A stretch of 64,000 nucleotides of DNA from an uncultured delta proteobacterium (GTDB lineage: Bacteria; Myxococcota_A; Polyangia; Polyangiales; Houyiibacteriaceae). Under the pieces are notes generated by a model, which was not told the DNA's origin, did not search any database, and saw only the letters and a program-made list of their open reading frames with translations. The stretch spans positions 455,198 to 519,197 of the forward strand of contig CAWBXS010000002.1 of the NCBI GenBank assembly GCA_963792825.1, given 5' to 3'. A program made the position numbers and the translations under genes. This document shows positions 45,045-52,652 of this stretch, in pieces. Position 1 is the first letter of the stretch, and each line of letters opens with the position of its first letter.

Positions 45045-46163
45045 ATGGGGAGCATGCTTTGCTCACGACTTTGGCCGCTTCTTCCAATCGTGACAGCCGC
45101 GCTGCTTCCGGCATCGCTCGCAGGTGCATTGGAGCTCGAAGATGCGGATCGCTTCGAGGTGGTCAACACATGGAGTGGAGCTAGCGTGGGTGTTCCCGGC
45201 CGATTGGGCGCCATGATGTTCTCGCAGGACGGAAACACACTTTACGTGGTCGGCAATGCCGAGGGGTCGGACAGTGCTGTCTATGCAGTGATTGTCAGGC
45301 GAGATGCGGCAACCAACAAAGTGACCGACCTCGGTCCCGCCGAGACCACCACCATGTTGTTTGCGGGCTCGCTGGTTGGGCTCGACACGGGTTTGGAGAT
45401 CGGCCCCGACGGAACGCTCTTTTACACATATTGGGATGCCAACCACATTGGTGAGCGGCCCGGAGGCTTTGGGGGTGACGAGACCTTGTATGACATGGCT
45501 ACCGTGGGCGTGCCCACTTCGGTCGCAGGGTTGACGTTCTCTCCCCACAGCCAAGATCCCAACTCGGGTTTCGGTCAGATGCAGGTCAGCTCGTGGCAAG
45601 GGGATAACATCTACAACATCCCTCTCATGCCTGCCGGCGCCGGCTTGTTCGAACCGGGAACCGCGGTGCTCTTCGTCGGATTACCGCAACAAGGCACCGG
45701 CGCAATTCAATACGTTCCGTCGGGCCTTTTCGAAGGAGACCTGATGTACGTGAACTGGGACTTCGGTGAAATTCGGGTCTTGGAGATCGACGCCGCGACC
45801 GGCCTGCCGATCGATGCCGACTCTGGCGAGCCAACGCTCGGCACCACCAACCCGGTCGACCAGCGCTTCGCCTACGACATGGGGGTGGGGCCTTGGGGGC
45901 TAGAGTTTGATCGGGCGTCCGGTGACTTCTTCGTCGCGACCTACGAAGGTGAGCCGACCAATTCGATCATTCAGTTCAGCGGGTCCGGCTTTGCAAACGA
46001 TTCTTCGGGCGGTTGCGGTTGCCAAGTACTTCAACCGAAGAACACCGCGGGGACCCTCGCGCTTGCGGCTCTGTGCGCGTTACTCTTGTCCCGGCGTCGG
46101 AGGGGGAAGGATGCGCTGCCGGTCCGGTCCACGATCAACGTCCCGCGGGCGCCGTCGCTCTGA
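45045..46163 (+). CDS. hypothetical secreted protein (beta-propeller-like) with MYXO-CTERM-like tail
   Basis: ATG 45045 lies 25 nt after the preceding stop. MGSMLCSRLWPLLPIVTAALLPASLAGA is a signal peptide. The C-terminus reads SSGGCGCQVLQPKNTAGTLALAALCALLLSRRRRGK. Confidence 0.65.
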   Translation: MGSMLCSRLWPLLPIVTAALLPASLAGALELEDADRFEVVNTWSGASVGVPGRLGAMMFSQDGNTLYVVGNAEGSDSAVYAVIVRRDAATNKVTDLGPAETTTMLFAGSLVGLDTGLEIGPDGTLFYTYWDANHIGERPGGFGGDETLYDMATVGVPTSVAGLTFSPHSQDPNSGFGQMQVSSWQGDNIYNIPLMPAGAGLFEPGTAVLFVGLPQQGTGAIQYVPSGLFEGDLMYVNWDFGEIRVLEIDAATGLPIDADSGEPTLGTTNPVDQRFAYDMGVGPWGLEFDRASGDFFVATYEGEPTNSIIQFSGSGFANDSSGGCGCQVLQPKNTAGTLALAALCALLLSRRRRGKDALPVRSTINVPRAPSL

Positions 46164-46519
46164 ACCGAGTCCGGGAGATCAACGCTCGTAATCCGAAATG
46201 CCGCCGTGTCGTCGTTGCAGCTGGCGAGCAGCCCCTCCTTAGCCACGTGCAGAAACTCGAGGCGACCCTGAGCCCGACGATGCCAAATCCCTAGATACTG
46301 GAGAATTCTCGGCAGAAAGTGACCAACGTCCGCGGCTTTCGGAGTGGACATTTCGGCGAGTTGGAGTAAATGGCCGGCCGCACCGAGACGCGCGCTGCCG
46401 CAACTCGCCCCAGCGAATCTCTGCCAGCCCGCGCTCAAAAGCAGCGTCTCTCAGCCCTTCGGGATAACGATGAGCGCCGAATTGCGCGGTACCCGATGTT
46501 GTGTCGCCTGGGGCGTCGA

Positions 46520-46921
46520 GGAGAGAGGGCCTTTGTTTCGGCTACGCTCCTGGCGGACTCGACCAAGCGCGACTTCACTTGGAACGTCTCACTCGGCTCG
46601 GAGATCCAGATCAACAAGTTCTTGTTCACTCGTTTCGGCTTTCTCACCGACAACAGCAGCGCGCAAGCGAACGAGGCGGAGCCGGAAGCAGAGCGCGAAT
46701 AGCTGCTCGAGGACCTGGAAGAGGAGACCAATCCTCAGATCAGCGCCGCCACCGAGGAGGAGCTCGAAGCGCGCAAGGCCCTCGAGGAAGCCGAGCAGCG
46801 GGTCAAAGCGGCCGCCGAGGAGGTCGAGCGGCTCAAGCGGCGTGAAAAGGAAAATCTCGACGAGACTGATCAGAGCGCCATTCAAAGCGGGACGCAGCAG
46901 GGTATCGACCAGCTTCGATAG
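46520..46921 (+). pseudogene. gene remnant: beta-strand-like segment and coiled-coil segment in one frame, interrupted by an in-frame TAG (46700-46702)
   Basis: The frame reads ...STKRDFTWNVSLGSEIQINKFLFTRFGFLTDNSSAQANEAEPEAERE*LLEDLEEETNPQISAATEEELEARKALEEAEQRVKAAAEEVERLKRREKEN...QLR*. The upstream part of the frame is not protein-like, and there is no start or signal peptide. Confidence 0.3.
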
Positions 46922-47170
46922 TGAGCCTGACGGCTGCAACCGGCGCATTCATGGTGCTTATCCGTGGAGGCGGTGGGAATCGAAAACAGTGCATTTCGCG
47001 ACCGGTCCAGCGAGGAAAGGGAGTTGTGAGATTCAGCGAGGGAGTGGAGATCCAGTTCGGCGATCCGCACGCGAGACGAGGCGCGCTGCAAGTCGACATA
47101 ACCAGCTAGTACCGCGCAATTCCGCGCTTTTCTTAAGCCCGATAGGCTAAGAGGCGAGACCTACGGGCCG

Positions 47171-47350
47171 TCAACGAGCTCGAACGAGAACTTGCTCCAC
47201 CGGCCGCCGCAACACCTCGACGTACACGTCGAGCAGGTCATCGAGCAGCGACAGAGGATCCACGGCGCCGCCTCCGGCCTTGCCGAGGTGCAGGTAGGTG
47301 ATGGGCCCGAGCAGGACCGGATGCGTCTGCAACCCCATCGCCTCAGCCGG
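47171..47350 (-). pseudogene. fragment of cobalamin-independent methionine synthase (MetE N-terminal domain)
   Basis: AEAMGLQTHPVLLGPITYLHLGKAGGGAVDPLSLLDDLLDVYVEVLRR aligns by eye to E. coli MetE ...[45 protein letters not shown]. Only ~60 aa are present, versus ~750 aa for full-length MetE. Confidence 0.55.
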
Positions 47351-47590
47351 AGATCGCTTGCTCAAGATCGGCGGCACCAGCGAGATCCGCTTGCTGGTCC
47401 TCTTGATGTTCGTGGCGACGTGACTCGGGATCGTCATGGGCTCGACGGGCGTCGTCGCAATCTTCATTTCGATTGTGCTTCGCATCGCGTCCGAGACAGG
47501 TCGGAGCCTAGCCCGTTTCTTGATGCCGGTCTCGTACGGCGCACTGATCAGCGGCATGCTCACCTTGATCGCGACGGCCCTCACCGACTT
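47340..47590 (+). pseudogene. fragment of an ion-transporter-superfamily permease (SLC13/CitMHS/ArsB-like) with a frameshift near 47421
   Basis: DRLLKIGGTSEIRLLVLLMFVAT* is followed, in the next frame, by [47 protein letters not shown]. This matches the family hairpin-loop region (lmP.sy.a..GG..TLIGT). It is truncated on both sides. Confidence 0.4.
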
Positions 47591-47618
47591 TGATATGGGG
47601 GCGTTGGAGCAGGCCAGG

Positions 47619-48632
47619 CTACGGCGCGCGCACGCAGCTCCAGTTTACTGTACTGCGATACATGTCGGGGAAGCCAGCGCCTGCGCCGTCGTACTGCTCG
47701 TCGCCGATGGTGCCGCAGTAGCCGCACACGGTGTTGCAGTTGCCTCCGAACTCGTCGGCGGCGTCGTAGCCAAGGAACTGGCAGATGGTGTTCGCGTCGT
47801 AGGTCCCGCCGCCGTCACCTCCGGAGATCCAGGCGCTAGCCAACTCGGCGCGACAGACCTCCCAATCGGCACCGTCGGCGACGCCCTCGTTGCCGCTCGT
47901 CCCCACGAGCGGCGGGATGAAACCTCTGGTACAGCGCCAGTTTACCGTACTGCGATACATGTCGGGGAAGCCAGCGCCTGCGCCGTCGTACTGCTCGTCG
48001 CCGACCGTGCCGCAGTAGCCGCACACGGTGTTGCAGTTGCCTCCGAACAGGTCGGCGCCGAGGTAGCCTAGCGCCTGACAGACCGCCGTCGTGTCGTAAG
48101 TGCCGCCGCCGTCGCCGCCGGAGACCCAGACGGTATCCTGATCGGCTCGGCAGACTTCCCAGTCGGCGCCATCGGCGACTCCAGTGTCGCCCGTGGTGCC
48201 CACGGTTGGAACGTTGCAGCCTAGGACTTCGGCGCATTCCGAGTCGTCGCAGTCGACATCCCCGTCACCGTCGTCGTCCACCTCGTTGTCGCAAAGTTCG
48301 TCGATGCACTCGGAGGCTTCTGTGCATTCCGAGTCGTCGCAGTCGACATCCCCGTCACCGTCGTCGTCCGTCGCGTTGTCGCAAAGTTCCTCGATGCACT
48401 CCGGGTCATCGTCGATGAGCTCGTTGCAGTCGTCGTCGATCCCGTTACATAGCTCCGGCGAAGGCGTGCACTCCATCCCTCCGGCACCGCCCATGCCGGC
48501 TGCACCGCCGCTTCCGGAAATGCCGCCCGACCCTCCGTCGCCACCGGTACCACCGCCGTTACCCCCATCCTCGCCGCAGCCAAACGACAAAGCAACGCAA
48601 AGGCAAAAGCAATACACACCGATGTTTCGCAT
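47619..48632 (-). CDS. Gly-tethered, Cys/Asp-rich lipoprotein with internally duplicated domains
   Basis: [37 protein letters not shown]...; [15 protein letters not shown]; two copies of [20 protein letters not shown]; then two ~99-aa repeats ([13 protein letters not shown]...[35 protein letters not shown]). Confidence 0.75.
   Translation of the reverse strand: MRNIGVYCFCLCVALSFGCGEDGGNGGGTGGDGGSGGISGSGGAAGMGGAGGMECTPSPELCNGIDDDCNELIDDDPECIEELCDNATDDDGDGDVDCDDSECTEASECIDELCDNEVDDDGDGDVDCDDSECAEVLGCNVPTVGTTGDTGVADGADWEVCRADQDTVWVSGGDGGGTYDTTAVCQALGYLGADLFGGNCNTVCGYCGTVGDEQYDGAGAGFPDMYRSTVNWRCTRGFIPPLVGTSGNEGVADGADWEVCRAELASAWISGGDGGGTYDANTICQFLGYDAADEFGGNCNTVCGYCGTIGDEQYDGAGAGFPDMYRSTVNWSCVRAP
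47622..48215 (-). repeat. 2 x 297-bp in-frame tandem duplication (C-terminal domain)
   Basis: Blocks 47640-47751 and 47937-48048 differ at only 3 of 112 nt by my alignment. The remainder of each unit is much more diverged. Confidence 0.8.
48234..48413 (-). repeat. 2 x 90-bp near-identical in-frame tandem repeat (acidic Cys motif)
   Basis: GCATTCCGAGTCGTCGCAGTCGACATCCCCGTCACCGTCGTCGTCC... starts at 48234 and again at 48324. Confidence 0.8.
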
Positions 48633-48999
48633 GGAATTCCTCTCGACCAGCGAGTCTAGTCGCTCCTATGATTCGTGTACAGGATCTCTACCCCTCGCGA
48701 ACCGCATCGTCGTGCTGCATCGCGACGAGCCGGGCGGCGCGACTGGCGACGCCGGTCGTGTCGCTAGCCTATCTTTGGCCCTTGCTGCGTCTTCGGTACC
48801 ATGATTAGGGTATCTTGCTAACACGTCGTCGCGGCCGGTGCCGAGACGTGCTCGAGGCCATCCGCTGGCACATCGCTCAGGGGTACGCGGGACCACAGTT
48901 CCTGTTCAGCCAGGACGGCAGCACCGAGGTGTACGCGCACCTCGGCAGCAGTGCCCAACTGCGCCTCGTAGAGGCGCTCGAACCGGCGTCACCGCCGCA

Positions 49000-49021
49000 T
49001 CGTGGTCAATATTTTGTCAAC
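49000..49021 (+). repeat. right copy of the 22-nt imperfect direct repeat (TCGTGGTCAATATTTTGTCAAC)
   Basis: 20/22 identical to 42858-42879. It lies 50 nt from the 3' end of tRNA-Pro. Confidence 0.45.
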
Positions 49022-49071
49022 GAGAGGCCAACTCGAAAACCGCGAAACGCGTAACTCCTCGTAATCCTTAG

Positions 49072-49145
49072 TCGGGGCGACTGGATTCGAACCAGCGACC
49101 TCATGCTCCCAAAGCATGCGCACTACCAGGCTGTGCTACACCCCG
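49072..49145 (-). tRNA. tRNA-Pro (anticodon TGG), CCA not encoded
   Basis: Minus strand reads CGGGGTGTAGCACAGCCTGGTAGTGCGCATGCTTTGGGAGCATGAGGTCGCTGGTTCGAATCCAGTCGCCCCGA. The cloverleaf folds by hand, with anticodon loop TTTGGGA. Confidence 0.9.
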
Positions 49146-49157
49146 AGACTTTCGTTG

Positions 49158-49793
49158 TTACCGCGGCTTGGGGGCTGGGGTAGCCGATGGCTCGCCGTTC
49201 TGCAACGCGCGAAGCAGAGGCGCCATTTTTGCAGCGGCCTTCGCTCGGTGGCTGATGGCATTCTTGGTCTCGGGGCTTAGCTCCGCCATCGTCTTCGCAT
49301 AGCCCTCCGGAATGAACAGCGGGTCGTAACCGAATCCATGCCTGCCTCTGGGCTCGCGGCCGATGTGCCCTTCGCAGGTGCCCTCGACGACTGCGAGCTC
49401 GCGTCCGTCGCGATCGACCAGGACAATGGTGCATCGAAACCGCGCCTTTCGGCCTTCGCCGGAAACGCCGCTGAGCTCCGAGAGGAGCTTCTCGTTGTTT
49501 TGCAAGTCCGTGGCATCCTCTCCGGCATACCGGGCCGACAAGACGCCTGGACCACCGCCGAGCCCGTCGACCTCGAGCCCGCTGTCATCGGCAAGACACG
49601 GGACACCGGCACGTGCAGCGATCTCGGTCGCTTTCTTGAGCGCGTTTCCATAGAACGAATCGCAGTCTTCGACGACGTCGATGGGCTCCGGGAGCGACGC
49701 CAGGGAGTGCAGCTCGAGCCCTGCGATGTCCGAAAACAGGCGCTGATACTCACGAAGCTTGCCCGCGTTCGTCGTTGCAACGAGAATCTGCAT
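49158..49793 (-). CDS. rdgB: dITP/XTP pyrophosphatase (non-canonical purine NTP pyrophosphatase)
   Basis: Start trimmed to MQILVATTNAGKLREY. Motifs include ADDSGLEVDGLGGGPGV.SARYAG and FGYDPLFIPEGY..T.AEL. 211 aa. The ATG overlaps the rph stop by 1 nt. Confidence 0.9.
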   Translation of the reverse strand: MQILVATTNAGKLREYQRLFSDIAGLELHSLASLPEPIDVVEDCDSFYGNALKKATEIAARAGVPCLADDSGLEVDGLGGGPGVLSARYAGEDATDLQNNEKLLSELSGVSGEGRKARFRCTIVLVDRDGRELAVVEGTCEGHIGREPRGRHGFGYDPLFIPEGYAKTMAELSPETKNAISHRAKAAAKMAPLLRALQNGEPSATPAPKPR

Positions 49794-50542
49794 CAGGGAA
49801 GCAAGCGCTCGATGTCGATGTCGAGCTCTCGAAGGGCACTGCGCTGCGCTTCGGCAAGAGCGGGCAGCGCCCCGAGGGCCAGGTCGATCATCTGATCCAA
49901 CTTCGCGCGAATGATCGGCGCTCCTTCTGCCGTGCCCTGCACCTCGACCACGCCACCCCGTGGCGTGCCGACGACGTTCAAGTCGACCGCGGCGTCCCGG
50001 TCCTCCGTGTAGCAAAGGTCCAACATTGGATGGTCTTCGAGCAGGCCCACGCTGATCGCCGCGATCGGCTCCCGAAGAACTCCCTTTTGAACCAACCCGA
50101 TCGCGCGAAGGCGGTCGAGCGCCATGGCGGTCGCAACCATGCCGCCGGTAATCGAGGCGGTCCGAGTGCCGCCGTCGGCGTCGAGCACGTCGCAGTCGAC
50201 GGTGATGGTTCGCTCCCCGAGTTTCTCGAAATCAATTGCCGCTCTCAGAGCACGCCCGACCAACCGCTGGATCTCCGAGGTCCGTCCGTCGAGGCGCCCG
50301 CTGCGACCGTCGCGACGCTTGCGCTCGGGATTGGCGCGTGGATGCATGGCGTATTCCGCCGTGAGCCAGCCCCGTCCCGAATCTCGCATCCAATCCGGCA
50401 CCCCCTCCGAGACCGAAGCGGCGATCAACACGGTCGTCAGGCCGCAGCGATACATCACGGACCCCTCCGGGTTGCGCTGCACGTTCGGTTCGATCGAAAC
50501 CGGCCGCAACACATCGTATGAGCGGCCGTCTGCTCTGGTCAT
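49793..50542 (-). CDS. rph: ribonuclease PH
   Basis: Start trimmed to MTRADGRSYDVLRPVSIE. Motifs include GWLTAEYAMHPRA, GRTSEIQRLVGRALRA and DCDVLDADGGTRTASITG. ATGA overlap with the upstream kinase stop. Confidence 0.95.
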   Translation of the reverse strand: MTRADGRSYDVLRPVSIEPNVQRNPEGSVMYRCGLTTVLIAASVSEGVPDWMRDSGRGWLTAEYAMHPRANPERKRRDGRSGRLDGRTSEIQRLVGRALRAAIDFEKLGERTITVDCDVLDADGGTRTASITGGMVATAMALDRLRAIGLVQKGVLREPIAAISVGLLEDHPMLDLCYTEDRDAAVDLNVVGTPRGGVVEVQGTAEGAPIIRAKLDQMIDLALGALPALAEAQRSALRELDIDIERLLP

Positions 50543-52479
50543 CCAACTCTCCTCACCGGAGAGCCCACGGTCGCTTGGGAAGCGGCCGGCAACCAGACCT
50601 CGAACGTCGTCCCGTGAGGATGGCGCGGTTTGCACACGATGGTTCCTCCATGGGCGACGACGATCTGCTGTGTCAGAGGCAGGCCAAGACCAGTGCCCCG
50701 CTCTTTCGTGGTGTAGAAGAGATCGAACACGTGCTCCCGCTCTTCCTCAGAAATTCCAGCGCCCTCGTCGTGTACCTGCACTCGCACGCCTCCGTCATAC
50801 CGCATCGCTTCGAGCTTGGCGACGCCTCCATCGGGCATCGCTTCGCGAGCATTACGCAGAAGATTGAGCAGTGCTTGTCGCAGCTGAGGCTCATCCATCG
50901 CGACCGCGGGCAGCTGCGAAGCGAGGTCGAGCTGGAGCGCTACGCCGGAGGCATCCATTTCGCGCCGGACGAACTCGGCGGTGTCGCGTAAGAGGTGCGT
51001 TGGATTCTCCGGAGCGAGCGTCGGCTCGGGCAGGCGCGCCAAGCGAAGATACTCCTCGGTAATGCTTTCGAGGCGCTCGAGCTCTTGCTGGATCGACGCG
51101 AGAATCCCTTTGCTCTCTGGGCCTGCATCTTGGATTTCATCGCCGAGCAAGTCGACGTTGAGCCCGATGCTCGACAGCGGGTTGCGGACCTCGTGCGTCA
51201 CGTGCGCAGCCATCCGCCCAATGGCCGCCAGCCGTTCCGTCTGAATGAGGCGGGACTTGGTGGCCACTGCGTCCGACACGTCGTCGGCGACGACCAGGAC
51301 GCCGCGAATGCCATCCTCACCCGCCTCGTCGCCGAAAGGTGTCACGAGCACGTCGACCAGGCGCTCGTTGAACCCCGCAATTCGCTCGCCTTGCAGGGTC
51401 ATCGCGTCGCCTCCCTCCGCAACGGCGGTGATGGCCCGGGCGAGTGCCGGGAATCGCCGAAGAAGGGATGTGTCGTCGACCAGGACTCCGACCTCGCGCG
51501 GGCCGACTCCGAGAATCCTGTCGGCCGCAGGATTGGTAGTCCTGATGAGGCGGTCTGGATCGATGACCAAGATCGCTGCACGCAACGCTTCCACGATCTG
51601 AACCTGCATCCGCTGGAGCCGCTGTTCGGCAAGCGCTGCTTCGCGCAAGCTCTGGTCGCGCGCCGCCAATGCACGAACCATGCGTTCGAACTCCGCGACG
51701 AGCTGGCCGAGCTCGTCATCGCGCTTGATGTCGACCGTGCTCGAGAGATCGCCACGCGCCACTGCTGCAACCCGCTGGTGAAGAAGGGGAATCGGACGAA
51801 GCAGACGCTGCGCGAGAAAGGTCACTGCAATTCCGACGACCAGCGAAAGCAGCCCGAGTAGCCCCAACAAAAAGGTCGCGCGCTCGGACTGGGCAGCAGC
51901 GAGCGCGCTGGTTCTCGAGATTCGTTCTTGGACGCTTTGTGACGCACGGTCGTAGTTGCGCTCGATTCGCTGCTCGGCGCTTCGAAGTTTCGCCAATAGG
52001 TCGTCGACGTCCTCTTGATCGTCGTCTGCGAGGTTGAAGAGTCGTTCGTACTGGACGTCAATCTCTGCGTAGGCCTTGGCGATCGCGTCGAGCTCCCGTC
52101 GAACCAAGCGAAGGGATGCTGGTTGACCGAGCTCTTCGGCCAGAAGCTCCGCTTTCTCCATGCGCTCGTAGGCGCCCTTGAGGGTGGTAGGGCGAATTCG
52201 CAAGGCCGCACGCAGCCATGACTTGGTCGGGATGCTTCGCTCGGATTGGAGCGCTCGCTCCACGAGGTTCGCGTAGACGCTCTGCGTGGCTTTGGCTTGG
52301 CTCAAGGTCAGCGCAAGAGGCAGATAGCCGTCTTCGAGCAGGCCGAGGGTCCGCGACGTACGATGGTGCTGCAGAAAGCTCAGGCCTCCGACGACGCCAA
52401 AGGCGACCAGGATCACGATGTATCCGAGCACGATGCGGGTTGGGATCGTGAGCCATTTCCGGCGCGCCGGACGAGTCAT
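50539..52479 (-). CDS. sensor histidine kinase (TM-periplasmic-TM, HAMP, PAS-like, HisKA, HATPase_c)
   Basis: HAMP (RGDLSSTVDIKRDDELGQLVAEFERMVRAL), H-box (AAHVTHEVRNPLSSI), N-box (LLNLLRNAREA) and G-boxes (DEGAGI, GTGLGLPL). Confidence 0.9.
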   Translation of the reverse strand: MTRPARRKWLTIPTRIVLGYIVILVAFGVVGGLSFLQHHRTSRTLGLLEDGYLPLALTLSQAKATQSVYANLVERALQSERSIPTKSWLRAALRIRPTTLKGAYERMEKAELLAEELGQPASLRLVRRELDAIAKAYAEIDVQYERLFNLADDDQEDVDDLLAKLRSAEQRIERNYDRASQSVQERISRTSALAAAQSERATFLLGLLGLLSLVVGIAVTFLAQRLLRPIPLLHQRVAAVARGDLSSTVDIKRDDELGQLVAEFERMVRALAARDQSLREAALAEQRLQRMQVQIVEALRAAILVIDPDRLIRTTNPAADRILGVGPREVGVLVDDTSLLRRFPALARAITAVAEGGDAMTLQGERIAGFNERLVDVLVTPFGDEAGEDGIRGVLVVADDVSDAVATKSRLIQTERLAAIGRMAAHVTHEVRNPLSSIGLNVDLLGDEIQDAGPESKGILASIQQELERLESITEEYLRLARLPEPTLAPENPTHLLRDTAEFVRREMDASGVALQLDLASQLPAVAMDEPQLRQALLNLLRNAREAMPDGGVAKLEAMRYDGGVRVQVHDEGAGISEEEREHVFDLFYTTKERGTGLGLPLTQQIVVAHGGTIVCKPRHPHGTTFEVWLPAASQATVGSPVRRVG

Positions 52480-52652
52480 GGTTGGATCCTAGACCTGAGG
52501 GTGGGAACTGGCGAGGATCGCGTCGCTTGCGGCACGACCAGGCCGGAAAAAACCACGAATGACAAGAATTGGCACTCTTCGCGGCCCCGGTTCGCCGTGA
52601 CGTCCCGACGAGAAAGTGCCATCATCCAACCCATCTTGCCGTCGGGGAGACA

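Noticed and set aside
46031-46438. 135-aa minus-strand ORF just downstream of, and overlapping, the 45045-46163 gene.
   Set aside because: One third of it overlaps the MYXO-CTERM coding end antisense. It has no motif, signal or SD. It is best treated as part of the degenerate region.
47622-48215. Possible diversity-generating retroelement (template/variable repeat pair) in the duplicated C-terminal domains.
   Set aside because: No reverse transcriptase gene is present in the window. The differences between the copies are not concentrated at adenines, and both copies are in-frame parts of one CDS.
48633-49071. Looked for an integrase or its remnant next to tRNA-Pro. A plus-strand ORF (48815-49054, ...DVLEAIRWHIAQGYAGPQFLF...) and an antisense frame both look vaguely protein-like.
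   Set aside because: Neither frame shows integrase (R..HxxR..Y) or any other recognisable motif. The mutually antisense open frames are expected at this GC content. Left unannotated.
52570-52584. TGGCAC motif upstream of the RTX-C25 gene, considered as a sigma-54 -24 element.
   Set aside because: The downstream GC is at the wrong spacing for the TGGCAC-N5-TTGC consensus, and no TTGC is present.
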